A DNA stretch of 64,000 bases. It comes from Phoronis australis. Its lineage: Eukaryota; Animalia; Phoronida. Below the pieces are notes generated by a model. That model was given only the letters and a program-made list of their open reading frames with translations. It was not told the origin of the DNA and searched no databases. The stretch spans positions 37,673 through 101,672 of the forward strand of contig NMRA01000740.1 in assembly GCA_002633005.1 (NCBI GenBank), in the 5' to 3' direction. Shown here one piece after another: positions 25,301 to 34,738 of the stretch (position 1 is its first letter; each line of letters starts with the position of its first letter). The translations under genes and the position numbers were made by a program.

Positions 25301-28300
25301 AATATATGAGTTTTCAACGTGTGGTGAAGACTGCAGAGATAATGCTAAGTTACAGATCTACTTACATGATCCATCCAAACAGCCTCTTGATAGTGAAATG
25401 TCGTCCAACCCAATATCTGAACGATATCCAAAACGGATACCTTCAAAAACGATCTGAAGCGAAAATAGGCATCCGAGTGACGGACCAGGACAAGTCGGTT
25501 TAGGTTATGCAGAACCCTAGAAAAATGTCCACATTTGGAAAATTTCATCATATCAGGAATGGCTGATCTGATTCATATGGTATTTGGAGATGTTATGATT
25601 GAACCACTAGGTCTTATGCATGCTGTAGAAATTGTTTTTAAATTGTTACATTTTAGTATCAGGGGCTATCATAAAATTATAAAATCTGATTTTTATAAAA
25701 ACTAATGAACTGATGAAGCACAAAACGAAAACTAAACGATATTTTTGAAAACTGTAACAGCGTTTTTGAGATTTCATCTTGAATATCAAGTAAAATTTGA
25801 TCGTGTTATCGTTGCTTTACTATTGATTCACCTTTCTGTTTTTCTAAGCATTTCTAAAAGACATGCAGATTGGTAGTTCAAAAATCAAATTCTACAGCTC
25901 TTCTTCTTTCAGAAAGTTTATTATGGCTTTACTAAGTTCAAATCTATAGCTTTGTCAATATTTGAATGTCTAATTATTTAGACTTGTTGCTAAGGTCATA
26001 CAAAACCTTAATTCGAAAGTTTTTAAAATTTTTCTGATGAAAAAATCATGCGCTCAACCTTCATCGAGGGGGAAAATGTGTGATGCTTCAATAAAATGTG
26101 GGAACACTACTTAAACCAAGAAATACAAGGTTGTCAGCATAAAAATATGTAAAGAATGTCTATATGTCACCATTTTTACTCATAAACAATAAATTTAAGC
26201 TGAAGTGCAAAATGAAATTGCGTCTTTGTCGCACAAACAACGGACACAATTGGGAATACCCATCCGACTTAAATATGTGGAATTGGGCTCACTTCGAAAA
26301 AATCATATATGTTCCCAACTTCAATGGATTCATAATGCCACAGATTGCCTTGGTTTCCAGACTTGGACGCGACGACTTGTCTCTGCGTACCGAGTACAGC
26401 GGCTACGGTCACGTTAAACAAATGGCGACCGCCATACATGTGGTAGAAGTAACGCACCTGCAATGAGATAGCGAAGATGCAGCTGCATATGGTATCGGAT
26501 GCATGAATTGTGATTCTATTTACCCTTGGGTAACGGTCATTAAGCAGTACTATGATTTTGATGAAGTAAAGTTCTAATTTTGCTTAATTACACCCAGGGA
26601 GCGTCCGCGGGCACTTGCACCGTGTGAAACATACCCCATGTACCTCTGTCACGTGAATAACGTATTTGGTTGAAAGACGATGAGAAGTGAGATTTTGCAA
26701 TGTTAATTTTGGTAATTTCTAGTAATACCGAATTGCTTTTACTTAGGAAAAAAATTTTACAGGGAACTTTGACATGACTCAGTTGTGACATGGTAAAATT
26801 CAGTTCCGGTTGGGTGCCAGGGTGTAGTAGCTGGGCACAATAGGCAAATGACAAATTGGGTAAAGAGCCCCATTCAAATAAGAGTATCAAAACTGATTTC
26901 CATAAATGGTTTTATGTGCACTTCAAAATTGCCCGCTCCTTATGGGTTTGGAGTATTCATGGTAATTTCGCTGTCATTATTTCCTCAACAGTAAAAACAC
27001 GTTTGTCCTGCTAAGAAAAAGCATTTTTGCTTGTGTGAAAATGTGCGATTTATTCTTTGGAAAGTTCTCATACGACTATAAAGATACTGCTGATTGGGCG
27101 ACACTATGAGCTGGAACACTTAACTTGATCTACTCATCTTAGCCAATGCCATGGAACGTAGTTATTGTCTAGTGGATAGTTTTTATTTGTAACGTTAGAT
27201 GTCGTTGACTCACGCTCTGAGGTGTAACAATACAGCATGAATATTTTGCTATCGTATCGTATTATTTCACCTACCGGAGCAAGGACATTTTTGATTTTTC
27301 AACGTGTTCACTGTCGATGACATCACCGCCATAGGACCTCTTCATCAAAACGATTTCAATGACCATGTAAATTTCACATTTTTACCGGAAGTGCCTTCAT
27401 TTTGTTGGCGGAAGACCAAAATACAAAATACTAATAATTTATTCAAAAAAAAATCGACGATCTATTAATATTAAGACTTCGTCGAACTCCGTTCAGCTAC
27501 TTAAGCTCATAAAATCCGTCTCATCCTAACCTTGACAGAACTCGATTACCCGCCAAAAGGAACAATAAATGACGGTCAGTTTTCTGTCAAATGAGATCCT
27601 CGTTGGATCGAAGCTGCATTTCGCCCTGTTTAGCTGACTAATAACGAAAATCGAATTAGTCTTTTTATTCTCATAGAATTGGTGTAACATTCCTTACAAT
27701 GACTGGATTCTACTTCCGTGGCCAACAAGGCATCGAAACCATCATCGACTCAGAAAAATAGGTCCAGAGTTTATTGGGATTGACCAATCTTGAAATTGCG
27801 AAATCGAAAATATCACGCGTTGCCTGTGACTTGAGTAGCATACTAACTGTTTAAACCCCCAGAGCGCCCCGTTTAACAGCCGCAAAATCCCCCTCAAACG
27901 TTATGGACGCCGCAGAACTAATCGACGCAACAGCTTCACGTATGTATTATTGAGTTCGTTGGCAATACCGGAAATGCATGTATCAATGTGAATGCGGCAA
28001 TAAACCCGCAAAAGATTCACATGCGGTTGTGAAATTGGTCTCAGTTTACTGCTCAGTCATGTTGAATATGATTTGAGGGTTTCAAAGAAGTGATTGAGGC
28101 AGAGGAAGAAAGTGAAAGTAGACCCTCTCACCTTGCACGATTTTCCCGGAGCTGCCACGAGAAATTGACTCCTAAGTCGCGCCCTAAAACCATCATGCCG
28201 TGACGACGACTCAAACAGCAGATACTTGGCTAGAAACGATCAAACACGTATGTAACTTCAAATTGAGCACCAGCAATTATTACTGCACATTGAATTCTTC

Positions 28301-31300
28301 GCAAGAATGTTGTGCGGCGCAGTGTTGCACTATTTTTTCAGCTTGCAACTGGTAGCACTTGTGCCACTGTGTTGAGTCCGGGACAGATTTCCGGGTGGTA
28401 GAAATACGAACTCAACAAATTAGCCTATTTTACACCTTTGGTCGCAACTTGTGAGCAAACAAGTTATATGGCGGGAGATCTCGGAATAGCTCGGCAGTTT
28501 TTTTTTTACTTTTGTCAACTCTTAGGAAATATCGTACAGAAAGCATTAACTCGCGCTAACCTTCCCTATGTATTCAAGACTAGTGCCTCAAGCCAGTTAG
28601 TTACATAGGAATACTACCGCGATAGGAATGCGAGATAGGATACGGCAGTAGTATTCCTATGTATGAGAGATAACCTGTAATAATACAATTAGTTAAGTAA
28701 AATAAAAACAAATAGCAGTATACATTTAATCTAAGTGATATGATTTCGAGATAGGATACGACAGTAGTATTCCTATGTATATAACAAGTAATGGGATAAA
28801 AGTTCAGAAACGTATCATCTCTCAAATAGATCGGGTGGGAATTGTTATTTTTTTAACCCCCAAAGCACTTCTGTTAAGAATTCGGCATTGGCAACTAGCC
28901 AGAGCAGAGAAATACCCCTTTAACTGCAGGCTACAGGGAAAGACCGCCCACCGCTTTGTGAAACGGTGAGATAGTGCTTTATGCGTTCATGTTGTTTCTC
29001 AGGGGAGGTCCGAATTGAANAAAACAAATAGCAGTATACATTTAATCTAAGTGATATGATTTCGAGATAGGATACGGCAGTAGTATTCCTATGTATGAGA
29101 GATAACCTGTAATAATACAATTAGTTAAGTAAAATAAAAACAAATAGCAGTATACATTTAATCTAAGTGATATGATCTCGAGAAAGGATACGACAGTAGT
29201 ATTCCTATGTATGTATATAACAAGTAATGGGATAAAAGTTCAGAAACGTATCATCTCTCAAATAGATCGGGTGGGAATTGTTATTTTTTTAACCCCCAAA
29301 GCACTTCTGTTAAGAATTCGGCATTGGCAACTAGCCAGAGCAGAGAAATACCCCTTTAACTGCAGGCTACAGGGAAAGACCGCCCACCGCTTTGTGAAAC
29401 GGTGAGATAGTGCTTTATGCGTTCATGTTGTTTCTCAGGGGAGGTCCGAATTGAATGATAGCAGTTGCCAGAACCAGCTTGCCGAAATCACTAAACCAGG
29501 GATAAATTATCCCTTAAATCGCATAATGAATGTTCACAGAAATTATGATCTTACCTGACGTGCTTCCAAGGTGGTCGGAGGATGGTCCGGTGTTTTTTGT
29601 CGGTGTGGGACCTGCATGTATTGCCCAAGTAAAATCTGCGTTTTGATCAATTACCCACTGACCAGTCCCGCTTTCAAAGTCGCATCTATGTATCCCTGTG
29701 AGAAGTATTAGCTGTAGCATGTCCACCAAAATTAGAAATATCCTGCTTCACCGGTCTATGTAAACTTACCATGATAAAATGTATACATGTACCTGAGGTT
29801 TCTTATTTCCCGTTACTAATTCTACTGAAGGTATCAGGTGGTGTCAACATTTCATCAATTTACAACTGTTTCAAGTTAAATTGATGCATGTAGACCTAAC
29901 GACAGCTTGAGTTACTTTCCTGTTTTAGGGCATGCATGACTCAACACTCGTCTGCTACGTTTTCAGAAAAGGACTTCGACAAACATTCACTACACCTAGA
30001 CTGACCTGGGGTTGTATGTAACGGTGCTGCTTGTATCCTTTCCACTGCATGACACGTTCATCACTCTCTAGAATCGGTAGGTTTTGATGATGAACTGAAT
30101 GGCCGTTGAAAGACACCTTGAGAGTTTGGGTCTAAATTTTTATGAATTTTAAAGGAAATCCTTTGCTTGTGTTGCAGTGAACGAGTATGATGGAAATCAA
30201 AAATACATACATGACTCGCAATTGTCTTCGTCGGATCCGTCCGTACACTGGCCCGGCTCGAAGTTACACCTGTGATCCTCAGGTATACATGACCCATTGG
30301 CACAATGCTCCTCCGTACTAGTGCAAGCTGTGAAAATGGCAATTCTACCAATAAGCTGTGTGCTGGGTCCACAGGCACTTGCAAGTGATACCGCTGATAT
30401 ACTGCACTACCATTTTGGTGGATTATAAAGCCATAACAGGCTGATGATAAGTGGCATTCGCTCAACGCATCATGAGGGGAGTGCACGCAAAATAGAGTAC
30501 CCACAATGTCATCAGTTTTGGACAATTTGTTTTCAATTTTCAAAGAGTTTCTATCATTGTGTTGAATGTTCATAGCTTCCCAGAATCACTGTCAGATAGT
30601 AGCCGTGGTGGTTTTTTCTTTGAAAATGATGCAGCATTGATTTGGTGGTCTTTTAGGTTACTTTTTATGAAACAGGAAAAGATAAAATTTTACTCATTGG
30701 CAAAAGTTTGTCCTAAGTAAGTGAAATTTTACGGTAGTGATCTTGGCACCAAGTACTGTGCGTTTCAATATTATACCGGCATTTTTCATTTCGGTATTCG
30801 GTACACTGCTTGCCTGGGGAACCATGCCAGGTTTCATGAACCAGTCCAAATAAGAGCCCAACTAAGGTACCTAATTCTAATGCGTACTTGTGGACTTGTG
30901 AAAACACCGATTGTCCTTTCTTATGATATTTTAGTTTTATTATTAAGTCAGTTTTGGCTTTGGTAAAAAGCAAGAGTGAATTCTACGTTGAATTCTCTAT
31001 AATGTTGAAACTAAATAGGTGCAACGCCCCTAATTTAGGGACTAAGTGCCAATTTATTTTTAATGAAATAAAGGCTCAAATTATAGTAATACTATTGGAA
31101 AATGTCATGAGTCTAAAAGGAGCTCATAATAAAGATAAAATGATAGAAAAAGATTACATCTGTGAGTAAAATGACACAAATATGCAAAAGATTTAGGGAC
31201 TACAGTTGAGTCACTGTTTGGGACTGTTTCATGCAAACGACCATTGATGCCCAGCCGTAACCATTACTGGGCAAAATGTCTAACCTTATACGCTGTGTAC

Positions 31301-31425
31301 CGGCAATTAAACATAAATTGAGAATGGTTTTACAAGCAGATTCTGTTTGCTGCTCTAAGCTTAGATAACCTACCTTGGGCAAGAATACGAAGGCAACAAC
31401 CAAATATCGTCAAACTGCTCAGCAT
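1374..31425 (-). CDS. Multi-exon mosaic secreted or cell-surface protein: signal peptide, Cys-containing N-terminal segment, MAM, 3x SRCR, Thr/Ser/Pro repeats, CUB, Ser/Thr-rich stalk (DMBT1/scavenger-receptor-like); 3' end not resolved
   Basis: Manually spliced GT-AG exons, phase-compatible from the MAM domain onward: 31374-31425 (MLSSLTIFGCCLRILAQ), ~30270-30551 (acceptor uncertain), 29555-29695, 28132-28229, 26293-26457, 25366-25453 (MAM), 24371-24514, 19940-20062, 17850-18038, 17363-17541, 13655-13774, 10776-10895, 9407-9524 (SRCR x3), 8127-8174, 7713-7832 (T/S/P-rich), 6940-7095, candidate 5141-5247, 4459-4560 (CUB), 2690-2836, 1374-1415. Domains were recognised by motif, not by database search. 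Confidence 0.8.
2075..2628. repeat. Dispersed repeat family (copies at ~585-875, ~2075-2628, ~46635-47027), ending GTTCT(G/A)CTT(T)AA, possibly a TTAA-site DNA transposon relic
   Basis: Shared text such as TTCACTGACCACTTGTAAATGTGAAAA...GTCACGATAC...TTCTAACTAATTTGACCAA is visible in all three copies. Confidence 0.75.
2114..2259. mobile_element. Small MITE with CATGGGCGGCGCA TIRs and 5-bp TSD
   Basis: TIR CATGGGCGGCGCA...TGCGCCGCCCATG; TAGCA duplicated at 2109-2113 and 2260-2264. A truncated copy starts at ~34860. Confidence 0.82.
4459..7095 (-). CDS. CUB domain exons of the mosaic gene
   Basis: 6940-7095 gives SGMILSPNFPQSYPSNTTCKWFIVAPKEHAIVLRV (CUB N-half consensus SPNYP.YP.N..C.W.I). 4459-4560 gives FLEFVTDHQEAAGGFNVSY (C-half consensus F.SD....GF...Y). 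A candidate middle exon at 5141-5247 (LRVFDAS) is 1 nt short of frame. Confidence 0.82.
5429..5581. mobile_element. MITE of the CAGGGGCGGATCC-TIR family, 5-bp TSD ATATG
   Basis: CACTGGACGATCCAGG...CCTGGATCCGCCCCTG flanked by ATATG (5424-5428, 5582-5586). Confidence 0.75.
7232..7506. mobile_element. MITE, CAGGGGCGGAT-TIR family (older copy)
   Basis: CAGGGGCGGATACAG...TAAATCCGCCACTA; TSD not evident. Confidence 0.6.
7720..7820 (-). repeat. Coding 30-bp tandem repeat x3 encoding (D/E)MSISTTPLP
   Basis: GGCAAGGGAGTTGTTGAAATYGACAT(G/T)TCG repeated three times inside exon 7713-7832. Confidence 0.85.
9407..24514 (-). CDS. Three SRCR (scavenger receptor cysteine-rich) domains spread over 7 exons
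   Basis: SRCR1: LRLVAGTSSNEGRVEVLHNQTWGSVC...VCKQLG|FAG...GQIWLEITSCSGSE...C.H|GWGSHTC...DVGVSC. SRCR2: IRLVNG...GILQVWHNNTWGTVC|DVVCRQLG...IWLDSVFCLGNESSINQC...|DVGVVC. SRCR3: VRLRGG...GRVEIYHNYEWGS|VCLDTW...VCNQLG...VWLD|DIDCSGNEQSLTEC...VNVTC. Exon phases join in frame. Confidence 0.92.
10962..11109. mobile_element. MITE, CAGGGRCGGATCC-TIR family (older copy)
   Basis: CAGGGACGGATCCAGG...CCTTGAATCCGCCACTG; TSD not clean. Confidence 0.65.
14090..16960 (+). mobile_element. Decayed Gypsy LTR retrotransposon, Gmr1-like (gag, integrase, RT, RNase H order), in an intron antisense to the host gene
   Basis: Frameshifted remnants: gag DDMENFLERFEE...LSSLLT (~14900-15000); integrase EPFKR..IDLIG and ETLLTVFSEVGIP (~15405-15570); RT FFSKFDFTKDYWQIPMDEASKKSTTFVTP (~15930-16020); RNase H ASRKL...EKEC and GADNLSR (~16450-16710). 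Similar LTR-like blocks at ~14190-14270 and ~16855-16935. Boundaries approximate. Confidence 0.8.
18574..19448. mobile_element. Non-autonomous palindromic element (~875 bp) with a terminal hairpin and an internal tRNA-like cassette
   Basis: Imperfect ~170-bp hairpin at 18574-18747; inverted motifs TTTATATCACA (18742) and TGTGGTATAAA (19438-19448); perfect 22-bp palindrome GTTATCTCACTAGTGAGATAAC at 19371-19392. Confidence 0.55.
19284..19355 (+). pseudogene. tRNA-derived sequence (pseudo-tRNA or SINE head) with intact Pol III A and B boxes
   Basis: A box TGGTGTAGTGG (19291-19301) and B box GGTTCGAATCC (19334-19344). The acceptor stem GCTGAG/CTCGGT pairs, but the D, anticodon and T stems have mismatches, so this is not a credible functional tRNA. 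Confidence 0.6.
20150..22480 (-). mobile_element. Decayed non-LTR retrotransposon (LINE), HERO-like with RT and C-terminal restriction-like endonuclease remnants
   Basis: Broken minus-strand remnants in the expected order: KLERGTVIGHTL (cf. LEKGIVTGCTIS), MENMTV (cf. FMDDLTV), IDNLVKFLGKLY (cf. DNPIKCLGKWY), LRKWL.VP.SF-like, then DTIVVS (cf. RPDIVLWS). Many stops and frameshifts; the clade call is by recall. Confidence 0.6.
23581..24292 (-). mobile_element. Solo LTR (Gypsy-type), 712 bp
   Basis: Ends TGTTACAGA...TCTGACA (TG..CA with short inverted termini). Minus-strand TATA (GGCTATAAATAC ~23950-23961) precedes AATAAA (~23646). Its 5' part resembles the LTR-like sequence at ~16760-16860. 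No clean TSD seen. Confidence 0.7.
25366..29695 (-). CDS. MAM domain exons of the mosaic gene (4 exons)
   Basis: Translations: CDFESGTGQWVIDQNADFTW...GPTPTKNTGPSSDH (29555-29695); KYLLFESS...ARLRS...SCK (28132-28229); VRYFYHMYG...GNQGNLWH (26293-26457); IVFEGIRFGYRSDIGLDDISLSRGC (25366-25453). These match the MAM consensus CDFE..W / TGP..DH / F.YHMYG / GNQG..W / DIAIDDI. Confidence 0.9.
28630..29455. repeat. Near-identical tandem duplication spanning an N at 29020 (possible assembly artefact)
   Basis: ~28700-29019 is repeated almost exactly at ~29135-29455, with ~115-bp subunits repeated in between. Confidence 0.8.
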
Positions 31426-34400
31426 CTCTCTAAATTCTCTGGAACTTGAAAACACGGACATCGTTCTTCTCCAGCTAAGGAGATAATTTTTAGTGCAGTT
31501 CTTAACACAACTGTGTACAACTAAATAACTTGTAAAACAGATCTCTCAAATCGTAAGCAAATGTGTTCGGAAATTCTATGCTTAACTTTATTAAAGCGTG
31601 GTCGTGACTTCACGCGATCTTATATTGAGAACTATAACCTAATTTTCTTGTAATTTATAACGTTGACGTCACAGGAAGGAATAGATATGAGAGAACCGTT
31701 TCCCTTTTCCAGTTCGGTACACCTCTACAGTTCTTAAGCTATCAAAATGTAGTAAGCCAGACGCTTCATAAATTTTTACAAAACTGCCTACCGTTACCTC
31801 AGTTTAAAAAAACAAACTATTGAAATTCAATTACTGGCATTGCACACTCGCTTTTTTAACTAAGATGTCATATGTCGATTTCAAAACATCAGGCGCTGGT
31901 GGCAGCGATTTATTACCACAACCCTACAACTGTAACAAAACGGTGGTTATAAATGGACGTATACTATGCTTCCAATCTGTTACAGTTTTATAAATAAGTT
32001 GGACTGTTCTAACAAATCGAGGACCACTGTTGTAATCTGGGTTTATTTCAAAGCCACTGAGAAAATGTTGAACCGGGTCAAAAAGCTTGGTTTGGTCCTA
32101 TAGTGTGAATATACTTTAAATCAAAGCGTCTATAAACCGGCCTTTCGTCACAAAAACAACTTTTGATTGAGACCATTCAGTGTAACTATTCGTCTTTTGG
32201 AATTTCGAAGTTCTTTAGACCTTGATATCTCCTAGTCGACAAGAGACCAGTCAATCATGGCTAATGATGCACCGGAAATGCTCAATTGATGCAAATATTA
32301 ATACATTTTAAAGGTTCTACAACTTCAGTGTCAAGGTGTAAGAAAACGTGCCAGTAAAACATATTTAGACATTCAATCAACCAATTAGATTTTATAGGTC
32401 ACAAGTCAGTTACTGCAAACATTAATTTTGACCAAGACACCTAAAATTTTAGTATGATGCGATTTGCACATACAAACAAATTTCGATCCTAAAATGTGGT
32501 GCAAACATCGGGTCACAGGGTGCATTTTTCTTGTGAAACTTCACTCGTCGTGTATTCTACTGTGTCAACAGTTAGATACCCGTGGTAGTCAGCATTACTC
32601 ACGGTTTGTATAGTAATAGGCCTACGACTTTCACTACGCTACTGTAGCTCTCGATGCACCGCAAAGGTTATTAAATTATGAAAATTGTATTTTTCCTACA
32701 GTTTCAAAGATAAATATTTCAACTCCAGCGCACGTCAGACATAAAACGTGTCTGTTTCAGGACTTGCTTCTCTATGCGATCCAATTAGATGCAGTAGGTC
32801 AAAGGTTTTTATTTACTTATTGTTTATTTATTGTGATATTTAAAATGAGGGTGGCCTCTTAAGTGACAGCACTGCTTTCCAAGAGGGCCCTCAGCAATGA
32901 GTCCCATAATTTTGAGACACTAGGTGTATTCGATCGTTGTTTTTGGTTCAATCTATCATTACAGGTGGGTTAAACGAATGTTGTACGAATCACCCCATCA
33001 ATCCTTCTTGTCCTGTTGGTGAATACTTGTAAAACAGCTCTGTATTTCTGGAAATACGTATTTTATGGCAGTCATGGTCTTTTAAAACACACACCAAATT
33101 TCGGCTATTCAGATTTTCCATGGTTCACCGGCATTTGACCCCGCTACTCTGTTCTTATTTCGTTTTCACCTGTACCCAGTGTCCGATTATGATTCCTGCA
33201 ACCTTGCAAAGCACTCTTCAAATTGTTTTAGTGCCATTTCTCTTAAATTCGGACTAGTTTGCGTTAAACTACAGTTGCCGTCAATATGAAGAATTCTTTG
33301 TCACATCGGCGGTCAATATGAGCAATTATTGAGTCGCAAATATTCACCGCTGGTGAGTTTAAAACTTCCTCACCAGTCCAAATCACGTAATAACGCGTTA
33401 TCATTGTCCTCATTAAAGTCTTGGTCAAAATCACATAGCGCGTGACTCAAAATCAACGAAAAACGCAGTTTTCAATACATACAACGATCTTAAAGATATG
33501 AATGGCGGTATTTTTCATTGAAATTTGGTCTCGTGAATATCCAGAACCGATGAATAATGGCTTTTGTGTTCGATTGCTTCTGTAGTACTAACAAGGTCTT
33601 CTAACGCCGTAGGTAAAACATTTTATCATTGGCCTGAAGGTGCACACGATTTCCTTTTCAAAACATTTAAAGCCGCTCATGTACAGCCTAAAATAAATGT
33701 CCCCTCTGATAATCTTTGTAAGAACTCTCACGACTCTGTGCATATTTTGTATCTGATGGTAGTGTCGAATAATTTTCCCGGTAATGTTCCCATGAGTCAT
33801 CTTCACCGACAAAACATCACCGCTTTCCTTGAGGCTGTTGTCGATAACAGACCAATTACTTATTAAAGATCCCCTCCGTTTTGCTAATCATTCAGCAAAA
33901 TTTTATGTAGTTTCAGAGTTTGGGGCTCTTACCATGGCACCAGGCTCGTTCAGACCCAATTTGAGTGACAACACAGCAAAAACAAAGACAAGGCCAAAGA
34001 TAATATTAAGTTTGTTTCCCCAGCTGTTACACAACGTACTTGTACATTTATGTAGGCTATTGCATGTGTACGAATCAAAACATTTTACTTACTTCTGGAC
34101 TATTTTTCGCTGTAAAAATACGGCAAAAAATAACGCTCTTGGCCATGAAAAGACTTAAAATATTTGGTCCACCTAGAGGCCGGAACGTTGCTGTCCACCT
34201 TCCTACCCATCCCAGAAGAGGGTAAACAAGAATATTTTGGGAACGCAGATAATCAATAGGTAGTTTTGAGAATGTTTTTAAAAAATAAAATCTGAATTTG
34301 TGTTTTTGATGTCTGCATGGTGTTATTTGAAGCTTTGCAGCTGAAGCGTCAACTCAATAGAAATTTAAGTTTCATCATAAATACATTCCCACGGTTGCGC

Positions 34401-34615
34401 CACCTGATGGGATGTCACCCACTCTTTGTGTTAACATTACTATTAAGAAAGTCGTGTCTATAAACGTATGCCCCATTAAATCGCGTCTAATGTTTTTCAC
34501 TGACATACCTTAATCATTTGCAGAGAAGCAACTGATCTTTTATTAGGATCAAACCGACAATTGACACCGGTTTATGACATTGTAAGGAATGTCGTCATCA
34601 TTAAACATTGATAAC

Positions 34616-34631
34616 TATATTTATATATAAA
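34616..34631 (+). promoter_or_regulatory. Candidate TATA box of the discoidin-domain gene
   Basis: CTATATTTATATATAAA about 110 bp upstream of the ATG at 34739. The genome is AT-rich, so specificity is low. Confidence 0.35.
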
Positions 34632-34738
34632 GTCGGTTAGCAATGAAATCAATTGAAACTCCAACCACAATCGTCGCTGTTCAAGAACAGAATACGTTGA
34701 TGCGAGTTTAATCTACACTCTCAGCCCACAAATTCAAG

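Noticed and set aside
28630-29455. Tandem direct repeat producing twin ORFs (28775-28969, 29172-29405), superficially a repeat array or duplicated small gene
   Set aside because: The copies are almost identical and meet at an N (29020), typical of an unmerged contig overlap. There are no spacers, and the ORFs have no recognisable motifs.
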